This document shows, piece after piece, positions 32,559-43,378 of a stretch of 64,000 nt of DNA; the stretch's first letter is position 1; each line of letters begins with the position of its first letter. The notes beneath the pieces are model-generated. The model was given only the letters and a program-made list of their open reading frames with translations. It did no database searches and was not told the origin of the DNA. A program made the translations under genes and the position numbers. This DNA comes from Gammaproteobacteria bacterium (lineage in GTDB: Bacteria; Pseudomonadota; Gammaproteobacteria; GCA-001735895). Where the stretch lies: positions 1,564 through 65,563 of the forward strand of contig JAAENK010000324.1 in the NCBI GenBank assembly GCA_024224415.1, written 5' to 3'.

Positions 32559-32726
32559 CCGAGAATTACAGGGCTGTTTTATAGACAGCGCCTGTTTTTA
32601 TTGGGTAGTTGAAATAGACCACAAATTATGTCGTTTTTTGAATACTTTCTTCAAATTCCCTCAGTATGATTGGTCGCATTGAGCGAATTGGTACAGCTTG
32701 AAATCAATCAATAAATACCCTGCTAT

Positions 32727-34412
32727 TTGGAGACAACAATGGCTAAAAGCGACATCGAAATCGCGCGTGAAGCGACCCTCAAACCGATTACCGAAATCGC
32801 AGACAAGCTGGGTATTCCCGCCGATGCGCTGCTACCCTACGGTTACGATAAAGGCAAGATTACTGCGGACTACATTAACTCCCTCAATGGCAGGAAAGAT
32901 GGCAAGCTGATTCTGGTAACTGCGATTTCGCCAACACCGGCTGGTGAAGGTAAAACCACCACCACGGTCGGTCTCGGCGATGGTCTCAATAGTATCGGTA
33001 AAAACGCGGTGATGTGCTTACGCGAACCCAGCCTCGGTCCCTGTTTCGGTATGAAAGGCGGTGCCGCCGGTGGTGGTTATGCCCAGGTCGTGCCGATGGA
33101 AGACATCAATCTGCACTTTACCGGTGACTTTCATGCCATCGGCGCTGCGCATAATTTGCTTTCGGCGCTGGTCGACAATCATATTCACTGGGAAAACAAA
33201 TCCGGTCTGGATCCGCGTCGTGTCACATGGAAACGGGTGATGGATATGAATGATCGCACCCTGCGCGATATTACCATCGGTCTGGGTGGACCGGGTAATG
33301 GTACACCGCGCCAGAGTGGTTTCGACATAACCGTGGCTTCTGAAATCATGGCCATTTTCTGTCTGTCCACCGACCTTGATGATTTGAGTCGGCGAATCGG
33401 TAATATCGTCGTCGGCTATACGCGTGATTTAAAGCCGGTTCTCGCCAGCGATGTGAATGCACCGGGAGCGATGACCGTTTTATTGAAAGATGCCTTCATG
33501 CCCAACCTGGTACAAACTCTGGAAAATAATCCCGCATTTATTCACGGTGGCCCATTTGCAAATATCGCGCATGGTTGTAATTCGGTAATAGCAACAAAAA
33601 CAGCACTCAAACTTGCCGATTATGTCGTTACCGAAGCTGGTTTCGGTGCAGACCTTGGTGCAGAGAAATTCTTCGATATCAAATGTCGTAAAGCTGGTTT
33701 GTCACCTGATGCAGTGGTTCTGGTGGCAACAGTTCGTGCATTAAAAATGCACGGTGGGGTACCTAAAGATCAGTTGGCTGGCGAAAATGTCGAAGCGGTT
33801 ACCAATGGTTGCGAAAATCTTGGACGCCATATTCGCAATTTGAGTAGCTTTGGTGTACCGGTCACGGTAGCGATCAACAAATTCGTAGCAGATACTGAGG
33901 GTGAGCTCGCAGCAATTCGTCAATACTGCTCAGATTTTGGCGTCAAGGCGTTTGACTGCAATCACTGGGGTGAGGGCAGCATGGGAACCCAGGAACTGGC
34001 AAAACATGTTGCTGATGTGGCTGATTCCGGGCAGGCACAATTCCATACTCTTTACGATGATGATATGCCTTTATGGGAAAAGGCACGCCATATTGCGCGT
34101 AGCCTTTATGGTGCTGATGACATCATTGCCGACAAAAAAGTACGCGACCAGTTTGCTAAATTTGAGGCCGACGGTTATGGGCACTTCCCCATTTGTATGG
34201 CAAAAACCCAATACAGTTTCTCTACCGATCCCGCGCTAATGGGCGCGCCGATCAACCATGAAGTTCCTATTCGGGAAATCCGACTGTCAGCAGGAGCGGA
34301 ATTCATTGTTGCTGTCTGTGGCGATATTATGACCATGCCAGGGTTGCCTCGTGTACCTTCTGCGGATCATATCCATCTCAACGATGATGGCCTGGTCGAA
34401 GGGCTTTTCTAA
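32727..34412 (+). CDS. fhs: Formate--tetrahydrofolate ligase
   Basis: SDIEIAREA...[16 protein letters not shown]-loop, full-length FTHFS; true start may be Met at 32739. Confidence 0.9.
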   Translation: METTMAKSDIEIAREATLKPITEIADKLGIPADALLPYGYDKGKITADYINSLNGRKDGKLILVTAISPTPAGEGKTTTTVGLGDGLNSIGKNAVMCLREPSLGPCFGMKGGAAGGGYAQVVPMEDINLHFTGDFHAIGAAHNLLSALVDNHIHWENKSGLDPRRVTWKRVMDMNDRTLRDITIGLGGPGNGTPRQSGFDITVASEIMAIFCLSTDLDDLSRRIGNIVVGYTRDLKPVLASDVNAPGAMTVLLKDAFMPNLVQTLENNPAFIHGGPFANIAHGCNSVIATKTALKLADYVVTEAGFGADLGAEKFFDIKCRKAGLSPDAVVLVATVRALKMHGGVPKDQLAGENVEAVTNGCENLGRHIRNLSSFGVPVTVAINKFVADTEGELAAIRQYCSDFGVKAFDCNHWGEGSMGTQELAKHVADVADSGQAQFHTLYDDDMPLWEKARHIARSLYGADDIIADKKVRDQFAKFEADGYGHFPICMAKTQYSFSTDPALMGAPINHEVPIREIRLSAGAEFIVAVCGDIMTMPGLPRVPSADHIHLNDDGLVEGLF

Positions 34413-34423
34413 GTTCTGGAATA

Positions 34424-34963
34424 ATGTCTAGCGCTGAGCAGTTTAAATCGTTTATAGCCTGGCAATGCAGGTTGCGCAAAATGAGTATGCGCGAGATGGC
34501 TGGTCGACCTTTGCCGGGCATGCGAGCGGGCCTGTATTCTATCAAAGGCGGTAAAGAGCAGGCTCAGTTACAGTTCCTGATCTTGAAGCAGCAAGATGCT
34601 TCGGTGACTGCAGAGTTACAACATATCGTACGCAAAACTCCCGACCCGACAGAGTGGGCCAAAAATGGTCTGCGTATTCTTGCCGAGCGCTACTATCAGG
34701 ATGACTTCAATTTTTGCAATAAAATTACCGCGTTATTCAGTGTGGATTCTGACGTAGCTACGGCACTTGTTACAGCAGGTGAATGTCATTTAAAGTTCAA
34801 ACAGGATAGTGTTGAACACTCATTCGACTTTGGCGTGTCAATGCTCGACGAGACCAATGTCGATTACCAGGCGACCTGGTGGCACAATCGTTTATTCAAT
34901 CCGACTTTGCCGGGTAAAGTAATAGTGCTGGAATTTGTGCCACGCCTCGATGCGGTGGATTAG
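34424..34963 (+). CDS. Hypothetical protein (179 aa)
   Basis: ORF 12 bp after fhs; no family recognised. Confidence 0.3.
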   Translation: MSSAEQFKSFIAWQCRLRKMSMREMAGRPLPGMRAGLYSIKGGKEQAQLQFLILKQQDASVTAELQHIVRKTPDPTEWAKNGLRILAERYYQDDFNFCNKITALFSVDSDVATALVTAGECHLKFKQDSVEHSFDFGVSMLDETNVDYQATWWHNRLFNPTLPGKVIVLEFVPRLDAVD

Positions 34964-35493
34964 TCCAGATAAATTTCCAGTTCGCGCCGAACCCGCTCAA
35001 TATCGACATCATCAATCGACTTATGGGATTCAATCCATTCGATGTAATGGGCTGGAAAATCATGTTCACGAGCGCCGCGTAAAACATGCTCTTTATACCA
35101 GTGATAAGGCTGTTGTAAATCGTCAATATCAATCGCGAAATAAGTAACCGCTTCGAAACTATTACCACAGTCGCGGGTAACTTCGACTTTTTTATCCAGA
35201 TAACCAAACCCATGAGTTTCATAAATGTCCAGTGTTTGTTTCTCTTCGTGGGTAAGCAGGTAGAGAACGCCATAAACAATATCGTCGCTATCACCGGTGA
35301 ACTCAATATCGCATTTACCCGACTGACCCAGGTCATTTTTACGAAAACACAGACGGTGTTCACGCAAAGTCGCAACCTTGTCTATTCTGGCTTCGGGTAA
35401 ACGCTGCAGCAACCGATGGCTGGCGAGGTTGGAACCGTAGGCGAAGTAATGGATAGTCATACGTGCACTAGGCAGCAGAGCTACGCGAGGCAC
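34960..35493 (-). CDS. Gamma-glutamyl cyclotransferase-like (AIG2/GGCT family) protein
   Basis: N-terminal YFAYGSNL motif characteristic of GGCT/AIG2 fold; 177 aa. Confidence 0.6.
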   Translation of the reverse strand: MPRVALLPSARMTIHYFAYGSNLASHRLLQRLPEARIDKVATLREHRLCFRKNDLGQSGKCDIEFTGDSDDIVYGVLYLLTHEEKQTLDIYETHGFGYLDKKVEVTRDCGNSFEAVTYFAIDIDDLQQPYHWYKEHVLRGAREHDFPAHYIEWIESHKSIDDVDIERVRRELEIYLD

Positions 35494-37318
35494 GCTTGCG
35501 TTCGTGTTCGAGCAAAAACTTTTTGCGGATGCGGATGTTTTTTGGTGTTACTTCTACCAATTCATCGTCGTCGATGAATTCCAGTGCCTGTTCGAGTGTA
35601 AAACGAACAGGTTTTACCAGAATTAAATTCTCATCGGTACCGGCAGCACGGATATTGGTGAGTTGCTTGGCTTTCAGCGGGTTGACAACAAGATCGTTGG
35701 CGCGGCTATGAATACCAACAACCATGCCTTCGTAAATTTCTTCGGCATGACCAATCATCAACTTACCGCGTTCCTGCAAGTTAAATAATGCATAAGCCAG
35801 TGCTTTACCGGTTGCGGTGGAAATCAAAACGCCATTCTTGCGTTGACCGATATCTCCTTCAGCCTTTGGGCCGTATTTGTCGAAGACGTGATAGATTAAA
35901 CCAGTGCCAGAGCTAATGGTCATGAATTCGGCCTGGAAGCCGATCAGCCCGCGAGAGGGGATTACATAATCCAGACGTACTCGACCTTTACCGTCTGGCA
36001 TCATGTTCTTAAGTTCGGCTTTACGGCTACCGAGTGCTTCCATTACTGCACCCTGGTATAGCTCTTCGACGTCGACAGTAAGTTGCTCATAAGGCTCACA
36101 GGTAATCCCATCTACTTCCTTGAGGATGACTTCCGCGCGTGATACCGATAATTCAAAACCCTCACGGCGCATATTCTCGATGAGTATGCCAAGATGTAAT
36201 TCACCACGTCCAGAAACCTGGAATTTATCCGAATCGGCAAGCTGCTCGACACGCAGTGCAACATTATGCAAGCATTCGCGTTTCAGGCGTTCATCGATTT
36301 GTCGCGAAGTGAGGAATTTACCATCCTTGCCCGAAAAAGGTGAACTGTTGACACTGAAAGTCATGTTCACAGTTGGTTCGTCGACTGTCAGCTGTGGCAT
36401 TGCTTCGACTTTATTGCGATCACACAAAGTGTCGGAGATGTACAGCTCCTCGATACCAGAGAAGACTATAATATCGCCAGCCTGTGCAGTTTCGGTTTCG
36501 ATGCGTTCGAGCCCCTTGAAACCAAACAGTTGCATCATGCGACCATCACGAATTTTGTTATCGGTACCGATGATTTTGACCGCTGTATTGCGATTAATGG
36601 TGCCGCGGGTAATTCGTCCGATGCCCAGTACGCCTTTATAACTGTCATAATCAAGGCTGGAAATCTGCATCTGGAATGGGCCGTCCACTTCCACCTTTGG
36701 TGGAGCGACATTCGCCACAACAGACTCAAACAGCGGTGTCATGCTTCCATCGCGTACATTGTCATCTTCACTGGCATAGCCATTTAGCGCGGATGCGTAA
36801 ATGATTGGGAAGTCCAACTGCTCATCGGTAGCGCCGAGTTGATCAAATAAATCAAAAACCTGGTCGACTACCCAGTCGGGGCGTGAACCCTGGCGGTCAA
36901 TTTTGTTAACTACTACTATTGGAGTAAACCCCATAGCAAAAGCTTTTTGTGTCACAAATCGTGTTTGTGGCATTGGACCATCTACAGCATCGACCAGTAA
37001 CAATACTGAATCGACCATCGACAAAACACGCTCAACCTCGCCGCCAAAATCAGCGTGTCCGGGCGTATCGACGATATTTATGCGGTAATTCTGGTTTACC
37101 TTTTCATGTTGCCAGTTAATTGCAGTACATTTCGACAGAATGGTAATGCCACGTTCTTTTTCAAGATCATTGGAATCCATCATGCGCTCGGTGACTTCAG
37201 CACGGATATCGAGTGTGCCGGATTGTCGCAGCAATTCGTCAACCAGCGTAGTCTTGCCGTGGTCAACATGGGCTATAATGGCGATATTGCGCAGATTAGC
37301 GCGACTACTGGCAGTCAT
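35468..37318 (-). CDS. typA: Translational GTPase TypA/BipA
   Basis: [18 protein letters not shown]1, [12 protein letters not shown]; EF-G-like domain order; 616 aa. Confidence 0.9.
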   Translation of the reverse strand: MTASSRANLRNIAIIAHVDHGKTTLVDELLRQSGTLDIRAEVTERMMDSNDLEKERGITILSKCTAINWQHEKVNQNYRINIVDTPGHADFGGEVERVLSMVDSVLLLVDAVDGPMPQTRFVTQKAFAMGFTPIVVVNKIDRQGSRPDWVVDQVFDLFDQLGATDEQLDFPIIYASALNGYASEDDNVRDGSMTPLFESVVANVAPPKVEVDGPFQMQISSLDYDSYKGVLGIGRITRGTINRNTAVKIIGTDNKIRDGRMMQLFGFKGLERIETETAQAGDIIVFSGIEELYISDTLCDRNKVEAMPQLTVDEPTVNMTFSVNSSPFSGKDGKFLTSRQIDERLKRECLHNVALRVEQLADSDKFQVSGRGELHLGILIENMRREGFELSVSRAEVILKEVDGITCEPYEQLTVDVEELYQGAVMEALGSRKAELKNMMPDGKGRVRLDYVIPSRGLIGFQAEFMTISSGTGLIYHVFDKYGPKAEGDIGQRKNGVLISTATGKALAYALFNLQERGKLMIGHAEEIYEGMVVGIHSRANDLVVNPLKAKQLTNIRAAGTDENLILVKPVRFTLEQALEFIDDDELVEVTPKNIRIRKKFLLEHERKRASRSSAA

Positions 37319-37431
37319 GGTTTCGGCCGGATAAAGATAAGGCGCGCGATTATAGCCTGCTACAGGGTAAGTACAAGGGGTTGGGGGTGATAGTCGTTAA
37401 GATATGGTATGACATAAATTGCTTTTTGTAT

Positions 37432-38610
37432 TTATAATGCCGGCTGGTCGTTGGTATGACAGTGCACACCACCTCCTTCGTTCCATGATTCGAGCATTTC
37501 CACCAGGAAGACATCACGACCCGGAAAGTAGCTCTCAATCCGCTTTTTTGCAGCTGCGTCGGTTTCTGGATTGTCAAATCCAACCGCGATAACAAAGCCA
37601 TTACCGACTAACCAATTCAGGTAATTCGTATCGAAGGATTGACCTTTAAAGCTTGTGGTCCCGAGGATCGGGTCACGAATTACCCTGAAACCAGCGGATT
37701 CAATTGTTTTTGCTGCCTCGTCATAAATAGCCCCGTCGGCCGAGTCGCCTGGTTTGCAGCTTGAATGCTCTGTACATTGCGAAACTACTATAGTAGTAGT
37801 ATTAATGAAGCGGGCAAATCCATCGATATGCCCACGGGTCAGGTCTCCACTGGGAATACCTTCAACCATGATAACCTTCTCGACTCCAAAATGATGTTTT
37901 AGATCCTGCACCGCCTGTTCGCGTGTATATCCAGAATTACGCTGGGGATCGCCGATAGTGCTCCAGTTTAGCAGCACTGTGTCCACGCCGTTGAATTCAA
38001 GATTACCGCGCTCGTGTACGATGTCGACTCTGTCTACCGGTAGCTTTAAGTATTCGCCAACCCAGGATGGTATACGATTATCATTGCGATACGAGACATC
38101 GTTTCCAAATGCCCCGCCCCAGGCGTCGAATTGCCAGTTCTGGATTCGCATCCTGCCATCTTCGACAATGAAAACCGGACCATTGTCACGCATCCAGGCA
38201 TTGTCCACAGGTACCTGGTGCCAAATGATATTACTGTGTTCTGGTTTGCCACCCACTGCTTCAATCGTCTGCCTGGCCTGGTTACACACGGTTTTTGAAT
38301 TGCACAGGATATGGAGTTTCTCGTATCTGGGGATAATGCTAGCCATGCGGGCAAATGCTGGCTCATATATCTTTTCCCATCGACCGGGCCACTGTAACCA
38401 GATGGCTTCCTGAGCCTCCCATTCTGCAGGTACACGTTTATTCATATGCTGATCAGCCCCAACAGTGGAGGCGACAAACGATAACAATAACAATGTAATA
38501 ATTGCATGGAGTTGGTACAAAATTATGGCTTTTGATATCCCTGGTATTGTAGATTTAATATAGTACATCAGGTTACAGTATTGTGAACAGGGAGTGCACG
38601 ACACTCTCAT
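37432..38610 (-). CDS. Agmatine deiminase-family (porphyromonas-type peptidylarginine deiminase fold) protein, probably exported
   Basis: VPAEWEAQEAIWLQWP N-terminal core and C-terminal GGGVHCHTNDQP (catalytic Cys) as in AguA; preceded by hydrophobic leader AIILYQLHAIITLLLLSFVASTVGA; real start probably an internal Met. Confidence 0.6.
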   Translation of the reverse strand: MRVSCTPCSQYCNLMYYIKSTIPGISKAIILYQLHAIITLLLLSFVASTVGADQHMNKRVPAEWEAQEAIWLQWPGRWEKIYEPAFARMASIIPRYEKLHILCNSKTVCNQARQTIEAVGGKPEHSNIIWHQVPVDNAWMRDNGPVFIVEDGRMRIQNWQFDAWGGAFGNDVSYRNDNRIPSWVGEYLKLPVDRVDIVHERGNLEFNGVDTVLLNWSTIGDPQRNSGYTREQAVQDLKHHFGVEKVIMVEGIPSGDLTRGHIDGFARFINTTTIVVSQCTEHSSCKPGDSADGAIYDEAAKTIESAGFRVIRDPILGTTSFKGQSFDTNYLNWLVGNGFVIAVGFDNPETDAAAKKRIESYFPGRDVFLVEMLESWNEGGGVHCHTNDQPAL

Positions 38611-38655
38611 AACCAGGTGTTTGAAAACGATCGCCTATTTTAACAGGTAATATCA

Positions 38656-39684
38656 ATGTCCAGATCAACAACTTTCAGTACACCAAAACAGGATGGTTTC
38701 AGCATGCCAGCCGAATGGGCTTTGCACGAGCGTAGCTGGATGATGTGGCCGTGTAGAGTCGAAGTATGGCCAGATATGCTTGCCACAAAGAAGGACTATG
38801 TATCAGTCGCGCACGCCATCCGTGAGTTTGAACCGCTGACTATGGCGGTCAATCCGGCAGATGAGACTGAAGCCAGGTCTATGCTCGGCAGCGATATCGA
38901 TATTGTTGTCACATCGCTGGATGATTCCTGGGCACGTGATGCAGGGCCGTGCTTCCTGACTGACGGCAAAGGTAAGCTTGCGGGTGTTAATTTCAGTTTC
39001 AACGCCTGGGGTGGGAAATATGACCCATTCGATGCCGACGAGGCCTTCTCAGGTTTTGTGTTATCACAAACAGGAGTGGGGCAATATAGCTCGAAGCTGG
39101 TTGCTGAGGGTGGCGGAGTAAGTGTTGATGGAGAAGGTACAATCCTGACAACTGAAAGCTGCTTCCCAAATAGCAACCGAAACTCCTGCTGGTCTATTGC
39201 TGAAATTGAAGAAGAATTACTGGAAATGCTCGGTGGCGAAAAAGTCATCTGGCTACCTGGCAATGTGGAGGAAACAGAAACTGATGGTCATGTGGATGGC
39301 ATTGCCGTGTTTGTCAGGCCAGGTGCGGTGCTAATAGAAAATGCTGGAAATCCTGGTGATGAATTCCATGATATCATGAATGCCAATATTGCAGCCCTCG
39401 AAGATCAGCTTGACGCAAAGGGCAGGAAAATTGAAATGGTCACTATTCCTGAGGCTAGTGATGCAGTTACCAGTGGCGACAAATTCTGTACATCTTACAT
39501 AAATTCATACCTGGTCAACGGTGGTATTGTAATGCCCAAATATGATGTTGCCACTGACGATGTAGCTCGTGAAGCCTTCCAGACCATTTTCCCTGAGCGT
39601 CGAATCGTACAGGTCTCGATCAATAATATAGCCCTTGGCGGGGGTGGCATTCATTGCATCACCCAACAACAACCTGTGGCGTAA
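38656..39684 (+). CDS. Agmatine deiminase-family protein (cytoplasmic paralog)
   Basis: MPAEWALHERSWMMWP ... GGGGIHCITQQQP; 342 aa, typical AguA length. Confidence 0.7.
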   Translation: MSRSTTFSTPKQDGFSMPAEWALHERSWMMWPCRVEVWPDMLATKKDYVSVAHAIREFEPLTMAVNPADETEARSMLGSDIDIVVTSLDDSWARDAGPCFLTDGKGKLAGVNFSFNAWGGKYDPFDADEAFSGFVLSQTGVGQYSSKLVAEGGGVSVDGEGTILTTESCFPNSNRNSCWSIAEIEEELLEMLGGEKVIWLPGNVEETETDGHVDGIAVFVRPGAVLIENAGNPGDEFHDIMNANIAALEDQLDAKGRKIEMVTIPEASDAVTSGDKFCTSYINSYLVNGGIVMPKYDVATDDVAREAFQTIFPERRIVQVSINNIALGGGGIHCITQQQPVA

Positions 39685-39689
39685 GCAAA

Positions 39690-40610
39690 CTACACCTGGA
39701 GGCTATTGTGAAAGTTCTGCACCTCTTCAATAATATAAGCCTTAAACCTCTCACTAAGTGGTGACAGGCGCCGTCCTTTACGTTGCACCAGATACCACGA
39801 GCGGCGTAATGGAAACCCAGTGACGTCGATTAGCTTGAGACTCCCCTGTTCTAGTTCACTGGTAACGGTGTGGATTGACACTATGCCAAGACCAAGGCCC
39901 TCGGCAACCGATTGCTTGATGGCATCATTGCTATTCATTTCCATGCTCGACTCCAGGCTCCGACCTTCGGCCGCCAGGAAGCGTTCGATGGCGCGGCGTG
40001 TTCCTGAGCTTGGCTCGCGTAATATGAAATTGTGTTGAAAAAGACTGTTCAGGCTCACCGCTTTTTGTCGGTTACAAAGCGTATGCCCTGGTGGGGCAAT
40101 CACTACCAGCGGGTTGGGCATGAATTCCTGGGTTTCGAGTTGCAAATCCTCGGGTGGCTTTCCCATGATAACGATATCGGTCTGGTTGGTTTCGAGCAGG
40201 TCGATTAAACCTTCTCGATTGGTGACGATGAAATGCAGGCTAAGTGCCGGGTGTCGTTCATTAAAGCGTGCCATCAAACGTGTGGCAACTGATGCAACCG
40301 TTGTTGCTACCGCAAGTCTTAGCTTTCCCTGTTGACCGCTGGCAAGCAACTCAAGGTTTTGTGTGGTTTCCTCGATTTGTTGCAATATAGTTTCACTGAG
40401 TACCTTGATTTCCTCTCCGGCATCTGTAAGGTTTATTTGCTTTCCCTGCTTTTCGAATAATGGCATTCCAATCACGCCTTCGAGTTGTTTAATCTGCATC
40501 GATACGGCTGGCTGGGTCAGGAACAGGGCTTTGGAAGCGCGGGTGAAACTTTGCTGGCGTGCAACTTCACGAAATACTTTTAACTGCCGTAAAGTGATAT
40601 TTATATTCAT
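39690..40610 (-). CDS. cbbR: LysR-family transcriptional regulator, divergent from cbbL
   Basis: LysR HTH (LRQLKVFREVARQQSFTRASKALFLTQPAVSMQIKQLE); classic cbbR position. Confidence 0.75.
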   Translation of the reverse strand: MNINITLRQLKVFREVARQQSFTRASKALFLTQPAVSMQIKQLEGVIGMPLFEKQGKQINLTDAGEEIKVLSETILQQIEETTQNLELLASGQQGKLRLAVATTVASVATRLMARFNERHPALSLHFIVTNREGLIDLLETNQTDIVIMGKPPEDLQLETQEFMPNPLVVIAPPGHTLCNRQKAVSLNSLFQHNFILREPSSGTRRAIERFLAAEGRSLESSMEMNSNDAIKQSVAEGLGLGIVSIHTVTSELEQGSLKLIDVTGFPLRRSWYLVQRKGRRLSPLSERFKAYIIEEVQNFHNSLQV

Positions 40611-40622
40611 AAGTAAAACCTT

Positions 40623-40633
40623 ATGATTTTCAT
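40623..40633. promoter_or_regulatory. Candidate CbbR-type dyad in cbbR-cbbL intergenic region
   Basis: ATGAtttTCAT inverted repeat in AT-rich 93-bp divergent promoter region. Confidence 0.2.
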
Positions 40634-40703
40634 CAAAAACTGTGAATAGTATTTATACAACAAAACTTTTATATTCGCCAGCATATTAAGCGGGGTTCTA
40701 TTC

Positions 40704-42122
40704 ATGGCAAAAACATACAATGCAGGCGTTAAAGATTACCGGGAAACTTACTGGGAACCTGATTACACGCCGAAAGAAACCGATTTACTAGCCTGTTTCA
40801 AAATTACGCCGCAACCCGGCATTCCTCGCGAAGAAGTTGCTGCCGCCGTTGCCGCGGAATCGTCTACCGGCACCTGGACCACGGTATGGACCGATTTACT
40901 CACCGACCTTGATTACTACAAGGGTCGCGCCTACGCTATAGAAGATGTACCTGGCGACGATAGCTGTTTTTATGCGTTCGTAGCTTACCCTATCGATTTG
41001 TTTGAAGAAGGATCTGTAGTGAACGTCTTCACTTCGCTGGTCGGTAACGTATTTGGTTTTAAGGCGTTACGCGCCTTGCGTCTGGAAGATATTCGTTTTC
41101 CGATTGCCTATGTCATGACCTGTAATGGCCCACCGCAGGGTATTCAGGTAGAGCGCGATATCCTTAACAAATATGGTCGTCCCTTGCTGGGCTGTACCAT
41201 TAAACCCAAGCTTGGGCTCTCGGCAAAAAATTATGGTCGCGCCTGTTACGAAGGTTTACGCGGTGGCCTCGACTTCACCAAGGATGATGAAAACGTTAAT
41301 TCGCAACCATTCATGCGCTGGCGTCAACGTTTTGATTTCGTCATGGAAGCAATTCTCAAAGCCGAAGCTGAAACCGGTGAGCGCAAAGGACATTACCTGA
41401 ATGTTACCGCGCCAACACCCGATGAAATGATGAAACGTGCAGAATACGCCAAGGAAATCGGGGCGCCTATTATCATGCACGATTACATCACCGGTGGCTT
41501 CTGCGCCAATACTGGCCTTGCACAATGGTGTCAGGATAACGGCATGTTGCTGCATATTCACCGCGCCATGCACGCAGTTATCGACCGTAATCCGCATCAC
41601 GGTATCCACTTCCGCGTGCTGACCAAGATTCTACGTCTCTCCGGGGGTGATCATTTACACACCGGCACCGTAGTCGGCAAACTAGAGGGAGACCGTGCGT
41701 CTACGTTAGGCTGGATCGATCTGTTGCGCGAATCGTATATCAAGGAAGATCGTAGTCGTGGTATTTTCTTCGACCAGGACTGGGGCGCGATGCCAGGTGT
41801 ATTCGCTGTAGCTTCGGGTGGTATTCACGTCTGGCATATGCCTGCGCTGGTGAGTATTTTTGGTGACGATTCGGTACTACAATTCGGTGGTGGCACATTG
41901 GGTCACCCCTGGGGTAATGCGGCGGGTGCTGCGGCCAACCGTGTCGCGGTTGAAGCCTGTGTACAGGCGCGCAACGAAGGCCGCGAGCTGGAGAAAGAGG
42001 GAAAGGATATTCTTACTAATGCGGCGAAGAACAGTCCAGAACTCGCCGCAGCGATGGAAACCTGGAAGGAAATCAAATTCGAATTCGATACTGTCGACAA
42101 ACTCGACGTCGTGCATAAGTAG
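40704..42122 (+). CDS. cbbL: RuBisCO large subunit, form IA (green-type)
   Basis: [39 protein letters not shown] green-type N-terminus; 472 aa; active-site region [16 protein letters not shown]. Confidence 0.95.
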   Translation: MAKTYNAGVKDYRETYWEPDYTPKETDLLACFKITPQPGIPREEVAAAVAAESSTGTWTTVWTDLLTDLDYYKGRAYAIEDVPGDDSCFYAFVAYPIDLFEEGSVVNVFTSLVGNVFGFKALRALRLEDIRFPIAYVMTCNGPPQGIQVERDILNKYGRPLLGCTIKPKLGLSAKNYGRACYEGLRGGLDFTKDDENVNSQPFMRWRQRFDFVMEAILKAEAETGERKGHYLNVTAPTPDEMMKRAEYAKEIGAPIIMHDYITGGFCANTGLAQWCQDNGMLLHIHRAMHAVIDRNPHHGIHFRVLTKILRLSGGDHLHTGTVVGKLEGDRASTLGWIDLLRESYIKEDRSRGIFFDQDWGAMPGVFAVASGGIHVWHMPALVSIFGDDSVLQFGGGTLGHPWGNAAGAAANRVAVEACVQARNEGRELEKEGKDILTNAAKNSPELAAAMETWKEIKFEFDTVDKLDVVHK

Positions 42123-42136
42123 CCGAGGAAAATAAC

Positions 42137-42493
42137 ATGAGTGATATGCAAGATTATGCTTCCAGTCTGGCAGATACCGCCAGCCGCAAGTTTGAAACTT
42201 TTTCCTATCTGCCGGAAATGTCGGCGGAACAAACCCGTCAACAGGTCGAATATGTCGTCAGCAAAGGCTGGAACCCGGCGGTTGAACACACCGAGCCGGA
42301 AAATGCCACAAGTTCTTTCTGGTATATGTGGAAGCTACCGATGTTTGGTGAGACCGATGTCGATGCTATTCTCGCCGAAGTCGAGGCCTGTCATGCGGCG
42401 CATCCACAAAATCATGTGCGTCTGGTTGGTTTTGACAACTACGCGCAATCGAAAGGTGCCGAGATGGTCGTCTATCGTGGCAAAGCAGTTTAG
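42137..42493 (+). CDS. cbbS: RuBisCO small subunit (form IA)
   Basis: 118 aa; [28 protein letters not shown]...MWKLPMFG. Confidence 0.9.
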   Translation: MSDMQDYASSLADTASRKFETFSYLPEMSAEQTRQQVEYVVSKGWNPAVEHTEPENATSSFWYMWKLPMFGETDVDAILAEVEACHAAHPQNHVRLVGFDNYAQSKGAEMVVYRGKAV

Positions 42494-42513
42494 ATCTCCT
42501 CGATGGTAAGTTG

Positions 42514-42549
42514 GCTTCTGTTTCATACTCTGGTTCAGAAGCATTTTTT
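42514..42549 (+). terminator. Weak hairpin + T-tract between cbbS and cbbQ (partial terminator/attenuator)
   Basis: GCTTCTG-n14-CAGAAGC followed by ATTTTTTT. Confidence 0.35.
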
Positions 42550-42569
42550 TCGGTATAACGGTTTGAGTC

Positions 42570-43376
42570 ATGAGTGATATCGATACAGAGCAATATTTGA
42601 TCAAGCAGCAACCTTACTATCATGAAGTCGGTGGTGAAGTGGCAATGTATCAGGCCGCCTACGATGTGCGTATGCCAGTGATGCTCAAAGGTCCAACCGG
42701 GTGCGGTAAATCGCGTTTCGTCGAATACATGGCCTGGAAGCTGCAAAAACCATTGATAACCATTGCCTGTAACGAAGACATGACTGCTTCAGATCTGGTC
42801 GGTCGGTTCCTGCTCGATATCAATGGCACCAAATGGCAGGATGGCCCACTCACAGTTGCGGCGCGCATCGGCGCGATTTGTTATCTCGACGAAATCGTTG
42901 AAGCCCGACAGGATACTACAGTGGTGATCCATCCCCTCACCGACCATCGTCGGCAATTGCCACTGGAAAAGAAGGGTGAGTTGGTGAATGCCCACAAAGA
43001 TTTCCAGATTGTGATTTCCTATAATCCCGGTTATCAATCGTTGATGAAGGATTTAAAACAATCTACCAAACAACGTTTCGGCGGCATGGATTTTGATTAT
43101 CCCGATGGAGAAGTGGAGGTCGAAATCGTCGCCCACGAAGGCGGTGTCGAAAAAGCACTCGCTGAAAAACTGGTGCGGGTCGCACATCGTTCGCGTAACC
43201 TGAAAGGCCACGGCCTCGACGAAGGCATGTCGACGCGCTTACTGGTATACGCGGCGCAGTTAATGTCGAAAGGTGTAGATGCTGAGCAAGCCTGTAAAAT
43301 GGCGCTGGTGACACCACTTACCGATGACCCCGATATGCGCGACACGCTCGACGCCGCGGTAGCTACCTACTTTTAG
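42570..43376 (+). CDS. cbbQ: RuBisCO activase CbbQ (MoxR-type AAA+ ATPase)
   Basis: Walker A GPTGCGKS, Walker B CYLDEIVEA, 268 aa; follows cbbLS. Confidence 0.85.
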   Translation: MSDIDTEQYLIKQQPYYHEVGGEVAMYQAAYDVRMPVMLKGPTGCGKSRFVEYMAWKLQKPLITIACNEDMTASDLVGRFLLDINGTKWQDGPLTVAARIGAICYLDEIVEARQDTTVVIHPLTDHRRQLPLEKKGELVNAHKDFQIVISYNPGYQSLMKDLKQSTKQRFGGMDFDYPDGEVEVEIVAHEGGVEKALAEKLVRVAHRSRNLKGHGLDEGMSTRLLVYAAQLMSKGVDAEQACKMALVTPLTDDPDMRDTLDAAVATYF

Positions 43377-43378
43377 CG

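Noticed and set aside
36120-36787. ORFs 36120..36641(+) and 36530..36787(+) antisense to typA
   Set aside because: Low-complexity Ser/Arg-rich translations within a conserved GTPase gene; spurious.
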